Source: a virus (taxonomy: Duplodnaviria; Caudoviricetes). Taken from it: a DNA stretch of 48,447 bases. The notes below the pieces were generated by a model. That model was not told where the DNA came from and searched no databases. It saw nothing but the letters and a program-made list of their open reading frames with translations. Both the position numbers and the translations under genes were made by a program. How positions within the stretch are numbered: the first letter of the stretch is position 1; every line of letters starts with the position of its first letter. Of this stretch, positions 16,875 to 26,982 are shown piece after piece. The DNA is taken from positions 1 through 48,447 of IMG/VR virus record IMGVR_UViG_3300048576_000566; one strand, written 5' to 3'.

Positions 16875-17281
16875 CCCTCGCCGAACGCATGGAGGCCCTG
16901 GCCGCGCTGCTGGCCGAACGCTGCCCGTCGCGCCGCGTCACGCGCTCGCTGCGCGATTTCGCGGAGCGCCAGCCGGCCGAGCTGAAGCGCGGCATCGTCA
17001 CGCTGCTCAGCCTGGGCGAATCCGACTACGCCAACCTGCGCGACCGCGCCGCGATGGACGGTCGCCACCGGATGCTGCTCGTCGGCCAGATCCAGGTGCA
17101 TGAATCGGCCGACGCCCAGTCCGTCGAGGATGCCGAGTTCGCCCTGGTCGAGCAGATCAAGGACGTCATGCGCCACCTGCCTGCCGGCTTCGCCTGCTTG
17201 GAAATGAAGGCGTTCCGCCAGAGCGGCCAGATCGAGCACCCCTACGGCTGGATCGCCGTGGATCTGGAGATGCCGTCATGA
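16871..17281 (+). CDS. Tail terminator-like protein
   Basis: 136 aa, coupled after gp10-like gene; synteny only. Confidence 0.5.
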   Translation: MTLAERMEALAALLAERCPSRRVTRSLRDFAERQPAELKRGIVTLLSLGESDYANLRDRAAMDGRHRMLLVGQIQVHESADAQSVEDAEFALVEQIKDVMRHLPAGFACLEMKAFRQSGQIEHPYGWIAVDLEMPS

Positions 17282-17709
17282 GCGAACCGCTCGAACTGCG
17301 CCTGGTGCGCGACAAGGCCGGCGCGCACAGTACGCTCGGCACCCTCTACGTCGACGGCCGCCGCTTCTGCGAGACGCTGGAGGACACGCTGCGCGAGCGG
17401 CCCGGCGTGCCGGTAGCGGAATGGAAGATCGCCGGCCACACGGCCATCCCGCGCGGCCGCTACCGCGTGGTCATCGACGATTCCGCGCGCTTCGGCCGGC
17501 CGATGCTGCACCTCCTCGACGTGCCGGGCTTCACCGGCATCCGCGTGCACGGTGCCAACACCGACCGCGACGTGCGGGGCTGCATCGGCGTCGGCGCCGT
17601 GCGGCGGGGCGACGGCATCGCCCTGTGCGCCGACGTCCTCGCCCGTCTGGAAAAAACCGTCGCCCAGGCGCTCGCCGCCGGGCGCGAGGTGTGGATGGAG
17701 GTGCTCTGA
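17278..17709 (+). CDS. Putative endolysin (DUF5675-like)
   Basis: STLGTL, CETLED, TAIPRGRY, VPGFTGIRVHGAN..D..GCIGVG motifs. Confidence 0.75.
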   Translation: MSEPLELRLVRDKAGAHSTLGTLYVDGRRFCETLEDTLRERPGVPVAEWKIAGHTAIPRGRYRVVIDDSARFGRPMLHLLDVPGFTGIRVHGANTDRDVRGCIGVGAVRRGDGIALCADVLARLEKTVAQALAAGREVWMEVL

Positions 17710-17954
17710 TGGGCTGGCTGCGCGAAGCGATCAACGACGGCCGCACCGGCAAGGCCTCGAGCAAGCGCATCGTCATGCTGATGGGCGGCGCGGCCCTGTC
17801 CGTCTCGGTCGTCGTGCTCTCGGTGGCGGCGCTGTTCGGCCATCCCGTCGCCGGCGAGCTCGGCGCCGTCTCGGTGCCGCTCGCCGGGCTGGCCGGCTAC
17901 AGCTACGTCAACGGCAAACAGGTGGAGGCCAATCGTGCTGCCCCTGCTGCTTGA
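17709..17954 (+). CDS. Putative holin
   Basis: 81 aa, two hydrophobic segments after SSKR, adjacent to the lysin. Confidence 0.6.
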   Translation: MGWLREAINDGRTGKASSKRIVMLMGGAALSVSVVVLSVAALFGHPVAGELGAVSVPLAGLAGYSYVNGKQVEANRAAPAA

Positions 17955-18477
17955 CCTGCTGCGCCGCAACTGGCTGTCGATCGCCCTGCTCGTGGCCGGC
18001 GCGGCGTTCGGCGCCTGGGCGGCCTGGTCGATCCAGGGTGTACGCCTGGACGAGGCGCGCGACGACCTCGCCGAAGCGCGCCAGGCCTTCACCCGCTTCA
18101 AGGCCGCGCTGGCCCTGCAGGAAGAGGAAGAGGCGCAGCGCGCCGACGCCGCACGGCGCCGGGCGGCCGACGATCACCGGAGGTTGAGCGATGAACTGGA
18201 AAAACGGATTGCCGCGGGCGACGCGTATCGCCGCTGTGTGGCTGCTGGCAAGTGCGGTGCAGTCGTGCGCGACGTGCCCGTCGGAGGTTGTGGTCCGACC
18301 CTCCGTCTACCGGCCGCCGGCGGAACTGATGCAGGCGGCGCCGACGCAGTACCTGCTACCGGAGGACATGCGCCGGACGAACCGGCAGTAGTCGGCGACT
18401 GCGCCCGCGCCACGCTGCGGCTCAATGACCTGCAGGCCGACATCGAACGCCAGCCCGGCTACCGGAGCGCGCCATGA
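17935..18477 (+). CDS. i-spanin (Rz-like)
   Basis: N-terminal TM followed by coiled-coil; C-terminal C...L..LQ. Confidence 0.7.
   Translation: MLPLLLDLLRRNWLSIALLVAGAAFGAWAAWSIQGVRLDEARDDLAEARQAFTRFKAALALQEEEEAQRADAARRRAADDHRRLSDELEKRIAAGDAYRRCVAAGKCGAVVRDVPVGGCGPTLRLPAAGGTDAGGADAVPATGGHAPDEPAVVGDCARATLRLNDLQADIERQPGYRSAP
18191..18391 (+). CDS. Embedded o-spanin (Rz1-like lipoprotein)
   Basis: Out-of-frame ORF inside Rz; signal-like N-terminus with Cys (AVQS-C) and Pro-rich mature part. Confidence 0.6.
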   Translation: MNWKNGLPRATRIAAVWLLASAVQSCATCPSEVVVRPSVYRPPAELMQAAPTQYLLPEDMRRTNRQ

Positions 18478-18839
18478 ACGACGACGACGTGCGCTGCCCC
18501 TTCAACGCCGACGTGGTCGAGTACCGCATCCAGGCGCTCGAGAAATCGATCGAGGAGATCAGCCGGGCCGTGAAGAGCATCGCCGAGACCACCGCCAAGA
18601 TCGCCATGCTCGAGGAACGCCACAGCGAGACGCGCGAAGCGTTGGAGCGGGCCTTTTCCGCCATCTCCCGCACCCGCGACGAGATGAAGGGGCTGGAAAA
18701 GGACATCGACAAGCGCCTGCGCACGCTGGAAGCCGACATGCCGGCGGTGCGCGAGACCTCCGGTTGGGTCAAGACCGGCGTCATTTCGCTGGTCGGGCTG
18801 GTCCTGTTCGCCGTCATCAAGCTGTCCCTGCGCCTTTGA
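18474..18839 (+). CDS. Coiled-coil protein with C-terminal TM (lysis-associated)
   Basis: 121 aa, heptad-like pattern then hydrophobic tail. Confidence 0.55.
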   Translation: MNDDDVRCPFNADVVEYRIQALEKSIEEISRAVKSIAETTAKIAMLEERHSETREALERAFSAISRTRDEMKGLEKDIDKRLRTLEADMPAVRETSGWVKTGVISLVGLVLFAVIKLSLRL

Positions 18840-18850
18840 GAGGAACCCCC

Positions 18851-19078
18851 ATGACCAAGAAAACCGCATCCCCCGCCTCTGCCGCTGCCGGACAGGCGGC
18901 CTATCACGACGGCCCGCCGGAGATCGAGTTCGCCGGCCGCCGCTGGCTGCGCGGCCGCGCGCAACCGCTGACCGACGCCGAATTCGCCGCCCTGCAGGCG
19001 CGCCCCGACGCCGCGCAGTTCGGCTTCACCTTCACCGGCGACCCGCTCGCCATCCCCGCCCCCGTTTCCGAGGAGTAA
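18851..19078 (+). CDS. Small hypothetical protein before tail tube
   Basis: GAGGA SD, 75 aa. Confidence 0.55.
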   Translation: MTKKTASPASAAAGQAAYHDGPPEIEFAGRRWLRGRAQPLTDAEFAALQARPDAAQFGFTFTGDPLAIPAPVSEE

Positions 19079-19081
19079 GAC

Positions 19082-20305
19082 ATGGCCCAAGCCATCGGCG
19101 CGATGATGCAGCTCCTGCTGCAGCGCGAAGCCAGCTTCCGCGTGCGGCCCACGCCCGCCGCCGCGTTCAAGCTGCCGTTCACCAAGTACAACCTGGGCCG
19201 CGACCCGCAGAAGGTGCGCGACCCGTCGATCTCGTCCTCACCGCTGCCCGGCAAGTCGGGCCTGGGCGATGCCATCGTGCAGGGCAGCATCGAGTCCATC
19301 CTCGACCTGCGCAGCATCGGCCACCTGCTGGCCCTGCTGCTCGGCGTGCCCACCACCGGCAAGGCGGTGACCAAGCAGCCGACCAACGTCACCGGCGTCA
19401 CCGCGCAGTACGCGCAGAGCGCCACGCCCGCCGGCGCCGGCACGCTGACCTTTGTTTCCGCCGCCAAGACGCTGGCCTGGAAGGCCCAGGGCGACGCCAC
19501 CGCCGGCACGGCGGTCGACGTCTCGGCCGGCGGCACCTACACGCTGCAGTCCGGCACCGCCTCGCACGCGCTGACCGTCACTGTCAATACCGGCGCGCTG
19601 GCCTCCGCCGACAAGTCGGACACCGACATCGCGGTGAGCACCACGCTCAAGTGCCACGTCTTCCCGATCAATCTCGGCGTGCGCCCGTCCGCCCTGCTCG
19701 AGCTCGGCCACCTCGACACGGGCACGTACTACCGCACGCTCGGCGCCAAGATCAACAAGTTGTCCTACGACCTCACCGCGCGCGAGCAGAACATCACCCT
19801 CGACGTGCTGGCCGGCGACGAGACCGAGTACGCCACCGCCCACGACGCCGCGCCCACGGCCTACGCCAGCGTGCGCGCCTGCGGCTCGGGCGGCGTGATC
19901 AGCAACGGCGTCGACGCCACGCTGGGCACCATCGTCAGCGGCACCATCGAGATCAACAACAACATGACCGGCTATCCGCTGGTCGACGGCCGCGAAGGCT
20001 ATGGCCTGATGGACCAGGGCGAGCTCAACATCGGCGGCAAGATCAAGACCATCTTCGACGGCGCCGGCGCCTACCAGCTCGCGCGCACCAGCACCAGCAC
20101 CCGCCTGCGCGTCGGCTCGACGTCGGTCGACGGCGCCGACACCTTCGCACTGTACTGGGACATTCCCAACACCGAGCTGGTCGAGCAGGCCGTGCCCAAG
20201 GAAGGCAAGTCCGGGCTCTTCGTCGAGCTCGACTGGTCGGCGCACCGCGACACCGCCGGCAGCCTGCCGGTGGTCACCCTGATCAACGACGTGGCGGGGT
20301 ACTGA
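19082..20305 (+). CDS. Major tail tube protein with beta-rich insertion
   Basis: 407 aa; precedes chaperone and tape measure; IEINNNM motif. Confidence 0.75.
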   Translation: MAQAIGAMMQLLLQREASFRVRPTPAAAFKLPFTKYNLGRDPQKVRDPSISSSPLPGKSGLGDAIVQGSIESILDLRSIGHLLALLLGVPTTGKAVTKQPTNVTGVTAQYAQSATPAGAGTLTFVSAAKTLAWKAQGDATAGTAVDVSAGGTYTLQSGTASHALTVTVNTGALASADKSDTDIAVSTTLKCHVFPINLGVRPSALLELGHLDTGTYYRTLGAKINKLSYDLTAREQNITLDVLAGDETEYATAHDAAPTAYASVRACGSGGVISNGVDATLGTIVSGTIEINNNMTGYPLVDGREGYGLMDQGELNIGGKIKTIFDGAGAYQLARTSTSTRLRVGSTSVDGADTFALYWDIPNTELVEQAVPKEGKSGLFVELDWSAHRDTAGSLPVVTLINDVAGY

Positions 20306-20306
20306 C

Positions 20307-20654
20307 ATGCTGAGCATCGGCGACATCATTCCCCAGGTTTGGGTCCCGCACGAGGACACCGGCACGCGCTACCTGATCCAGCCGCTGCAGCCGCGCGACG
20401 GCCAGCGTCTGCTCCAGGCTGCCCGCAACAAGAAGACCGGCGAGATCGACCACGTCACCTACAACGGCCTCGTCGCCGAGCACATCGTTCGCGACTGGGA
20501 CGGCGTCGGCGACAAGGGCGTGGCCACGCCCTGTACGCCGGAGGCGCGCATCCGCTTCGGCGAGCGCTTCGGGCGCATCGTCGGATTCCTGATCGAAAAG
20601 GCCGTCGATCCGGTCCTGTTCAGCGATGAGGCCGAAGCCGGAAAAAACGCCTGA
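20307..20654 (+). CDS. Tail assembly chaperone (gpG-like)
   Basis: VRDWDGVGD motif; ends in slippery GGA AAA AAC. Confidence 0.75.
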   Translation: MLSIGDIIPQVWVPHEDTGTRYLIQPLQPRDGQRLLQAARNKKTGEIDHVTYNGLVAEHIVRDWDGVGDKGVATPCTPEARIRFGERFGRIVGFLIEKAVDPVLFSDEAEAGKNA

Positions 20655-20959
20655 CCGCTCGCGCCCGCTGGGAATTCAGCGGCGGACGCGAGTACGTCGA
20701 GGCCATCAGGAAGTCCGGGCGCCCGGTGCACCCGGACGACCTGCCGCCGGAGCTCGCCTGGGAAAAAGGCATCTGGTGGCTGTACCTGCGCGTGCAGACG
20801 CAGTGGCGCGTCACGGCCTTCGGCCGGCGCACCGGGCTGGACTACGGTCCGGCCATCGCTATCATCCGCGCGCTGGGCTGGAACCTGCCCTTCGCGCTCG
20901 AACTGCTGCAATGCGTCGAACGGCAGGAGCTGACGGACGGGGAGACGTCTGATGGTTGA
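20642..20959 (+). CDS. -1 frameshift extension of tail chaperone (gpT/DUF1799-like)
   Basis: A AAA AAC heptamer at 20642-20648; -1 frame open to 20959 and contains TQWR...GLDY. Confidence 0.8.
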   Translation, partial: KKRLTARARWEFSGGREYVEAIRKSGRPVHPDDLPPELAWEKGIWWLYLRVQTQWRVTAFGRRTGLDYGPAIAIIRALGWNLPFALELLQCVERQELTDGETSDG

Positions 20960-23111
20960 CCCGATCCGCGTCGATATCACCGCCGGCGTCACCGGTCTCG
21001 ACCAGGGCTTCGACCACGCCGAGAAGCGCACGCAGGAATACGCCACCTCGGTGGCGAAATCGAGCGGCGAGATCACCGCCGCCTCGCGCAAGGCGGCCGA
21101 GGCGCTCGGCCAGGTCGGACGTGAAGTGGTCAACGGAGATTTTTCCCGGATACCGGCATCGATCGGCGAGGCGGCGCTGGCTGCGCCGGAACTGTCCCTG
21201 CGCCTCGTCGGCCTGCTCAGCCCGTTCGCCGCCGTGGCCACCGCGGCCGCGCTGATGGGCAAGGGCTTCTACGACGGCAACAAGGAAACCGTCGCGCTTT
21301 CCAACACCCTGATCACCACCGGCAACGCCGTCGGCTCGACCGTCGACCGCCTCTACGATCTGTCCGGCGAAGTCGCCCGGGTGCTCGACGACGCCAAGAG
21401 CGAAACCACCGCGGCGCTGACCCAGCTGGTGCGCGCGGGCGGCGTCGCCGAGGAAACGCTGAAGGTGGCCACCCGGGCCGCGATCGATCTGGAAAAATCC
21501 GGCATCCAGGCCGTCGCCAAGACCGCCGAGCAGTTCGCCGCCCTGGGCAAGGACCCGGTCGAGGCATCCTACCGCCTCAACCAGCAGTACAACTACCTCA
21601 CCGCCGCCATCTACGCCCAGATCAAGGCCCTGACCGACGAGGGCCGGCAGCGCGACGCGGCCGCGCTGGCGCAGCGCACCTTCGCCGAAGCCGCCGAGAC
21701 CATGGCCGCCGGCGTCAGCAACAACCTCGGCCTCCTCGAACGCGGCTGGAACGCCGTCACCTCGGCGATCACCCGCGCCAAGTCGGCGCTTATGGACCTC
21801 GGCCGCGCGCAGACGCTGAGTGAACAGATCGCCGAACTCGACAAGCAGATCGCCATCGCCGAGAAGGTGAACAAGGTCACCGAATCGAACGCCGCGTTCA
21901 AGGGGTTTTTCGGCAACACCGCGCAGCTCGAACAGTTGCGCCAGCAGCGCGCCGGGCTGCTCGCCGCCCTCGCCGCGCAAGAAGAATCGACGGCATCGGT
22001 CCAGGCCTGGAACGCCGCCCAGCAGGACGGCATCGCCAAGCTGCGCGAGAAGGAGGAGACGCGCAAGAAGGCACATGCCGCCGAGATCAGCGACGGCCAG
22101 CGCCTTATCGAGCAGCTGCAGGGCCGGCTCTACACCGCCGAGCGCCTGACCGAGGTAGAAAAGCTGCAGGCCCAGCTCGCCGACGGCAAGTACGCCAAGA
22201 TCACCGCCGGCGAGACCGACATCGCTCTCTCCCTCGCCGCACAGATCGACCAGCGTGAACTGATCCGCCAGCAACTCGACGACGAACTCGCCGCGGTGAA
22301 GAAGGTAAGCGCGGAATACACCGCGCAGGAACGGCAGCTGCAGCAGCTGATCGGCGCCACGCCGACCGGGAAGACCCAGGATCGCCTGCAGAAGGAAGCC
22401 CTGGCGGAATCTGCCCTGCTCTCCGGACAGATCGACCGGAAGACCTTCGACGAGATCCTCGAGAACCTGCGCGAGGTCAAGAAGGAAGGGAAGGACACCT
22501 TCGGCGAGCTCACCTCCGCGATCAACCAGTGGGGCAAGGCCTCGGCCGATGCCATCGTCGATTTCGTCGTCGACGGCAAGGCGTCCTTCACCGACCTCGC
22601 CAATTCCATCATCAAGGACATCGCGCGCATCGTCGTGCAGCAGAACATCACCACGCCGTTCGCCAAGTCGATCGCGGAATTCGACTATTCCGGATTTTTC
22701 GCCGGGCTGTTTTCCGCCAACGCCGACGGCGGCGTCTATCGCTCGCCGGGGCTCTCGGCCTATTCGGGGACGATCGTCGATCGGCCGACGTTTTTTCCCT
22801 TCGCAAAAGGGGTCGGCCTCATGGGCGAGGACGGTCCCGAAGCCATCCTGCCGCTCAAGGAGGGCAAGGACGGCAAACTCGGCATTGCCGGACCGGCGGG
22901 CGGCAACGTCCAGGTGATCATCAACAACACCGTGCCCGGCGCCCAGGCCACCCAAAGCACGCGCCAGGACGGCAACGGCGACACGATCATCGAGGTGCTG
23001 TTCGCGCAGGTCGAGAACCGCATTGCCAGCGGCATTACGCGCGGCAGCGGCGTGCTGGCCTCGTCTCTGGAACAGACCTACGGCCTCAACCGCGCGGCGG
23101 GAGCCTTCTGA
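20952..23111 (+). CDS. Tape measure protein (lambda-like)
   Basis: 719 aa, Ala-rich helical; KDPVEAS..LNQQYNYLT and GLMGEDGPEAILPL motifs. Confidence 0.9.
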   Translation: MVDPIRVDITAGVTGLDQGFDHAEKRTQEYATSVAKSSGEITAASRKAAEALGQVGREVVNGDFSRIPASIGEAALAAPELSLRLVGLLSPFAAVATAAALMGKGFYDGNKETVALSNTLITTGNAVGSTVDRLYDLSGEVARVLDDAKSETTAALTQLVRAGGVAEETLKVATRAAIDLEKSGIQAVAKTAEQFAALGKDPVEASYRLNQQYNYLTAAIYAQIKALTDEGRQRDAAALAQRTFAEAAETMAAGVSNNLGLLERGWNAVTSAITRAKSALMDLGRAQTLSEQIAELDKQIAIAEKVNKVTESNAAFKGFFGNTAQLEQLRQQRAGLLAALAAQEESTASVQAWNAAQQDGIAKLREKEETRKKAHAAEISDGQRLIEQLQGRLYTAERLTEVEKLQAQLADGKYAKITAGETDIALSLAAQIDQRELIRQQLDDELAAVKKVSAEYTAQERQLQQLIGATPTGKTQDRLQKEALAESALLSGQIDRKTFDEILENLREVKKEGKDTFGELTSAINQWGKASADAIVDFVVDGKASFTDLANSIIKDIARIVVQQNITTPFAKSIAEFDYSGFFAGLFSANADGGVYRSPGLSAYSGTIVDRPTFFPFAKGVGLMGEDGPEAILPLKEGKDGKLGIAGPAGGNVQVIINNTVPGAQATQSTRQDGNGDTIIEVLFAQVENRIASGITRGSGVLASSLEQTYGLNRAAGAF

Positions 23112-23112
23112 G

Positions 23113-23451
23113 ATGCCCTGGACGCCGCCGCCGCCTCTGCGCGCCGCCTACGAGATCGCTCCGACCGACCCGTGCCTGCGTACCGACATGGAAGTCGGCG
23201 CCGCCCGCGTCCGGCGCCGCACCGCCGCCCGCATGGATGTGGTGGCCATCGAGTGGAAGCTCACCCCCGGCCAGATGGTGGCGTTCCGCGACTGGTACGA
23301 CACGGATCTCGGAGGCGGCGTGGCCTGGTTCACTGTCGATCTGGACCTCGGCGCCGGTATTGTTTCCTGCGAGGCGCAATTTGCCGAGATGTGGAAGGCC
23401 ACGCGCCCGGGCCTGATGTGGTCCGTCAAGGCGTCGGTCAAGGTGCGCTGA
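23113..23451 (+). CDS. Distal tail protein (gpM-like)
   Basis: RTDMEVGAARVRRR, F.DWY..L.GG..WF pattern; follows TMP. Confidence 0.7.
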   Translation: MPWTPPPPLRAAYEIAPTDPCLRTDMEVGAARVRRRTAARMDVVAIEWKLTPGQMVAFRDWYDTDLGGGVAWFTVDLDLGAGIVSCEAQFAEMWKATRPGLMWSVKASVKVR

Positions 23452-23957
23452 TGCCCGATCCGACCCTCTCCCAGGCGATCAAGGAGGCCTACGCCTCCGC
23501 GCCGTCGGACGTGATCGTCTATCACACGCTGACGATCGATCACCCGAACTTCACCCAGCCGATCTACGTTGTGCGCGATACCGTCGATCTCGTCGCGCAC
23601 CTGGAGACCGACGTGCAGGTGACGTTCGTGCGTTACGCCTTCGACCTTGTGAAACCCGAAGTCTCAGCCACCGGCGTGCCGCAATGCACGATCACCATCG
23701 ACAACGTCAGCCGCGAGATCCTGGCCAACATCCAGTTGGCGTTGCAGAGCTTGAACAAGATCACGATCACATACCGCGAGTACCTCTCGACCGACTTGTC
23801 CGGCCCGCAGAACGACCCACCGCTGACCATGACTGTGCTGTCGATCAAAGCCGATGTGTTCCGCATCACCGCGACGGCCGGCTTCCCGGACCTCGTGAAC
23901 AAGAAATTCCCGGCGCAGGAATACACGTCGGAACGATTCCCGGGGCTCGTCTCATGA
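23451..23957 (+). CDS. Tail tip protein (DUF1833-like)
   Basis: TLTIDHP, ITIDNVSREI, TYREYL, FPGL motifs. Confidence 0.75.
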   Translation: MPDPTLSQAIKEAYASAPSDVIVYHTLTIDHPNFTQPIYVVRDTVDLVAHLETDVQVTFVRYAFDLVKPEVSATGVPQCTITIDNVSREILANIQLALQSLNKITITYREYLSTDLSGPQNDPPLTMTVLSIKADVFRITATAGFPDLVNKKFPAQEYTSERFPGLVS

Positions 23958-24349
23958 GCCACTGGGCGGGACAGTACATCGGCCGGCCGTGGATCGAGAA
24001 AGAGCACGAGTGCGGACACTTCTTCTGCCTCGTGCAGAAGGAGCGGTTCGGCCTGGACGTGCAGGTGATCGACGCCGACGCGCTGAGCCTGCGCTCGTGC
24101 ATCCGCGCGCTCAACGGCGAGCATCCCGAGTTCGCGAACTGGGTTGAGGTCGAGGCGCCGCGCGAGGGCGACTGCATCCGCATGAGTCATTCGAAGCACC
24201 CGCACCACGTCGGCATGTGGGTCGACGTCGACGGCGGCGGCGTGCTGCATTGCGTCGAGGGCGCCGGCGTGGTGCTGTCCTCGCGCCAGTCGCTGCGCAA
24301 GACGGGCTGGAAGATCGTCGGCATCCTGCGCCACCGGAGCCGGGTGTGA
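23954..24349 (+). CDS. NlpC/P60-like tail assembly protein
   Basis: YIGRPW...EC, PREGD, HHVGMW, VLHC. Confidence 0.8.
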   Translation: MSHWAGQYIGRPWIEKEHECGHFFCLVQKERFGLDVQVIDADALSLRSCIRALNGEHPEFANWVEVEAPREGDCIRMSHSKHPHHVGMWVDVDGGGVLHCVEGAGVVLSSRQSLRKTGWKIVGILRHRSRV

Positions 24350-26979
24350 GCTACGCTACGCTCGTCGTCGTGCATGACCCGTACCACCCGGCGCGGCATC
24401 GCGAGGTGCGCGCTCTTGAGGCGCCCGGACCGCTCTCGGACGTCGTGCCGGAGACGACCCGGCCGCATATCCTGATGCGCAACGGCCAAGCCGTGCTGCG
24501 CAAGGACTGGGATCAGGCGGTCGAGCGCGGCGATCTCGTGGTGGTGGTGATGCTTCCGCAGGGCGGCGGCGGCGGATCGAACCCGCTGAAGGCCATTCTC
24601 CAATTGGCAGTGATGATTTTCGCGCCGGAGATCGGTGCGTTTGCCAACCTGCAATTGTTCTCTGCCGGCAGCGGGTTGGCGTTCGCGGTCTCCAACGCCA
24701 CCCTCGGCGCGGCCATCGGCATGGTGGGGGCGGCGCTCGTTAGCCCGCTGATTTCTGCCAAGCCATCGCCTTCGTCATCAAGCGCGGCGGCCGCCTCGTA
24801 TTCCTCCTCACCGACCTACTCGCTGACCGCGCAGGGCAACGCCGCGCGCCTGGAAGCACCGATCCCGGTGCAGTACGGCCGCATGCTCAGTTATCCCGAT
24901 TTTGCCGCGCTGCCGTACGTCGAGTACGCCGGCAACGAGCAGTATCTCTACCAGCTGCTGTGCATCGGCGCCGGGCAGTACGAGATCGAGACGATCCGCA
25001 TCGCGGACACGGCGATCACCAATTTCGAGGACGTCGAGACACAGATTGTCGAGCCGGGCGGCACGCTGACGCTGTTCCCGGCTAACGTCGTCACGTCCGA
25101 GGAAGTCTCTGGGCAGGAAGCGCTGACCGGCACCTGGCTGGGGCCGTTTACGGCCAATGCCGCCGAAACCACGGCGAATTTCCTGGGCGTCGACGTGGTG
25201 GCGCCGCGCGGCATCTACTACGCCAACGACTCTGGCGGCCTCAACGAAGTATCCATGACGTTCACCGTCCAGGCGCGCGCGATCGACGCCAACGGCAACG
25301 CCACCAGTGGCTGGTCAACCCTGGGCACGCATACACTGTCAGGTGCCACCGCCACGGCGCAACGCTACAGCTACAAGTATTCGATCAACGCCGGCCGCTA
25401 CGAGGTACGCCTGCAGCGCACGGACGTTAAGCAGACATCGACGCGCTACGGCCATGAGCTTGATTGGTCAGGACTGCGCGCCTACCTGCCGGAGACTCGC
25501 AACTACGGCAACGTCACGCTGCTTGCGGTCAAGATGCGGGCGACGAACAACCTCTCGTCGCAGTCATCGCGCAAGATCAACGTGATCTCCACGCGCAAGC
25601 TGCCGATCTGGAACGGGTCATCATGGAGCGCGCCGACGGCCACACGCGCGATCGCCTGGGCGCTGGCCGACGCTGCGCGCAATGCCGAATACGGCGGCGG
25701 CCTGGCGGATTCGCGCCTCGATCTCGACGGACTGCTGGCGCTCAGCAGTGTTTGGACGGCGCGCGGCGACCGGTTCGACGCACGCTTCGATACTCTCGGC
25801 ACGCTGTGGGATGCGCTGACCCAGATCGGCCGGGCCGGACGTTCCAAACCCTACATGCAGGGCGGGTTGCTCTACGTTGCGCGCGACCAGGCCGTTACCG
25901 TCCCGGTGGCGATGTACTCGATGCGCAACATCGTCAAGGGATCGTTTGGCCTCGAATACATCACGCCATCGGACGATACTGCCGACAGCGTCTCGGTCGG
26001 CTACTACGACGCGAACGCCTGGACCACGCGTCGCGTGCCGTGCGTGCTGCCGGACAGCACGTCGAGCAAACCGGCCAAAATCGATCTGTTCGGTGTAACC
26101 AACCGGGATCATGCCTACCGCGAGGGGCTGTATTTCGCCGCGGCGAACCGCTACCGGCGCACGGTGATCAAGTTTACGACCGAGATGGAAGGTTTCATCC
26201 CCTCGTTCGCCGACCTGATCGCCGTCAGCCACGACATGCCGCAATGGGGCCAGTCGTTCGAGTGCGTCGCATGGAATCCCGGTACGCGCACGCTGCGCGT
26301 CAGCGAGCCGATCACCTGGGAGTATTCGACCAACTACGTGGCGCTTCGCCGGCGGGACGGCAGTGTGTCTGGCCCCTACGTGGTGACGCAAGGGGCTGAT
26401 CCCTATCACATCGTGTTCACAGAGACGCCGGACATCCCCCCCTACACCGGGCTGGCCGAGGAGCGTACCCAAGGCTCGTTCGGCTGGGGTGACACCTGGG
26501 CGCAACTGGCTCGCGTCGTCGCCATCCGCCCGCGCGACATGAACACTGTCGAGATCGAGGCGATCAACGAAGACCCGTCGGTGCATACCGCCGACCAGGG
26601 CGTCGTCGCGCCGCCGGTCAATTCGTCGCAACTGCCGACCTACACCGTGGCGCCGCGCGTTTTTGGCCTAACCGCGCGTTCGATGCCCGGGCACTCGGAA
26701 CGGATGATCCTGTCGTGGCAGCCGTCGCCATGGGCCAATTACTACGAGATCGAGCAGTCTGGCGATGGAATCAACTGGGTACGTTCGGGCGAACCCTCTG
26801 CATGCAACTACACCGCGACTGCGCTGTATGGCGGCGCGACGATCCTCCGCGTCCGCGCCGTCGGCCTGGAGCCGGGGCCGTGGGTGCAGGTCAATTATTC
26901 CATGTCGTCGGACTACATGTGGACCAACGATGCGAACGCCATGTGGACCAACGACAACAATCTGATGTGGAGGTACTGA
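24346..26979 (+). CDS. Tail tip/host specificity protein (gpI-gpJ-like, C-terminal FN3)
   Basis: GTGA coupled start; N-terminal ..PQGGGG element, PIPVQYG, C-terminal FN3 (LSW...YEIE...RVRAV). Confidence 0.8.
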   Translation: MSYATLVVVHDPYHPARHREVRALEAPGPLSDVVPETTRPHILMRNGQAVLRKDWDQAVERGDLVVVVMLPQGGGGGSNPLKAILQLAVMIFAPEIGAFANLQLFSAGSGLAFAVSNATLGAAIGMVGAALVSPLISAKPSPSSSSAAAASYSSSPTYSLTAQGNAARLEAPIPVQYGRMLSYPDFAALPYVEYAGNEQYLYQLLCIGAGQYEIETIRIADTAITNFEDVETQIVEPGGTLTLFPANVVTSEEVSGQEALTGTWLGPFTANAAETTANFLGVDVVAPRGIYYANDSGGLNEVSMTFTVQARAIDANGNATSGWSTLGTHTLSGATATAQRYSYKYSINAGRYEVRLQRTDVKQTSTRYGHELDWSGLRAYLPETRNYGNVTLLAVKMRATNNLSSQSSRKINVISTRKLPIWNGSSWSAPTATRAIAWALADAARNAEYGGGLADSRLDLDGLLALSSVWTARGDRFDARFDTLGTLWDALTQIGRAGRSKPYMQGGLLYVARDQAVTVPVAMYSMRNIVKGSFGLEYITPSDDTADSVSVGYYDANAWTTRRVPCVLPDSTSSKPAKIDLFGVTNRDHAYREGLYFAAANRYRRTVIKFTTEMEGFIPSFADLIAVSHDMPQWGQSFECVAWNPGTRTLRVSEPITWEYSTNYVALRRRDGSVSGPYVVTQGADPYHIVFTETPDIPPYTGLAEERTQGSFGWGDTWAQLARVVAIRPRDMNTVEIEAINEDPSVHTADQGVVAPPVNSSQLPTYTVAPRVFGLTARSMPGHSERMILSWQPSPWANYYEIEQSGDGINWVRSGEPSACNYTATALYGGATILRVRAVGLEPGPWVQVNYSMSSDYMWTNDANAMWTNDNNLMWRY

Positions 26980-26982
26980 ACC

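Noticed and set aside
9433-22955. Long minus-strand ORFs (e.g. 9433-11610, 13490-15178, 20862-22955)
   Set aside because: Antisense shadows of GC-rich plus-strand genes with no recognisable motifs
26846-26865. 18/20 match to the TR 3' end in the gpJ-like gene (possible third VR)
   Set aside because: Both encode RVRAV, here a normal FN3 strand; one mismatch is non-adenine and upstream sequence does not align with TR
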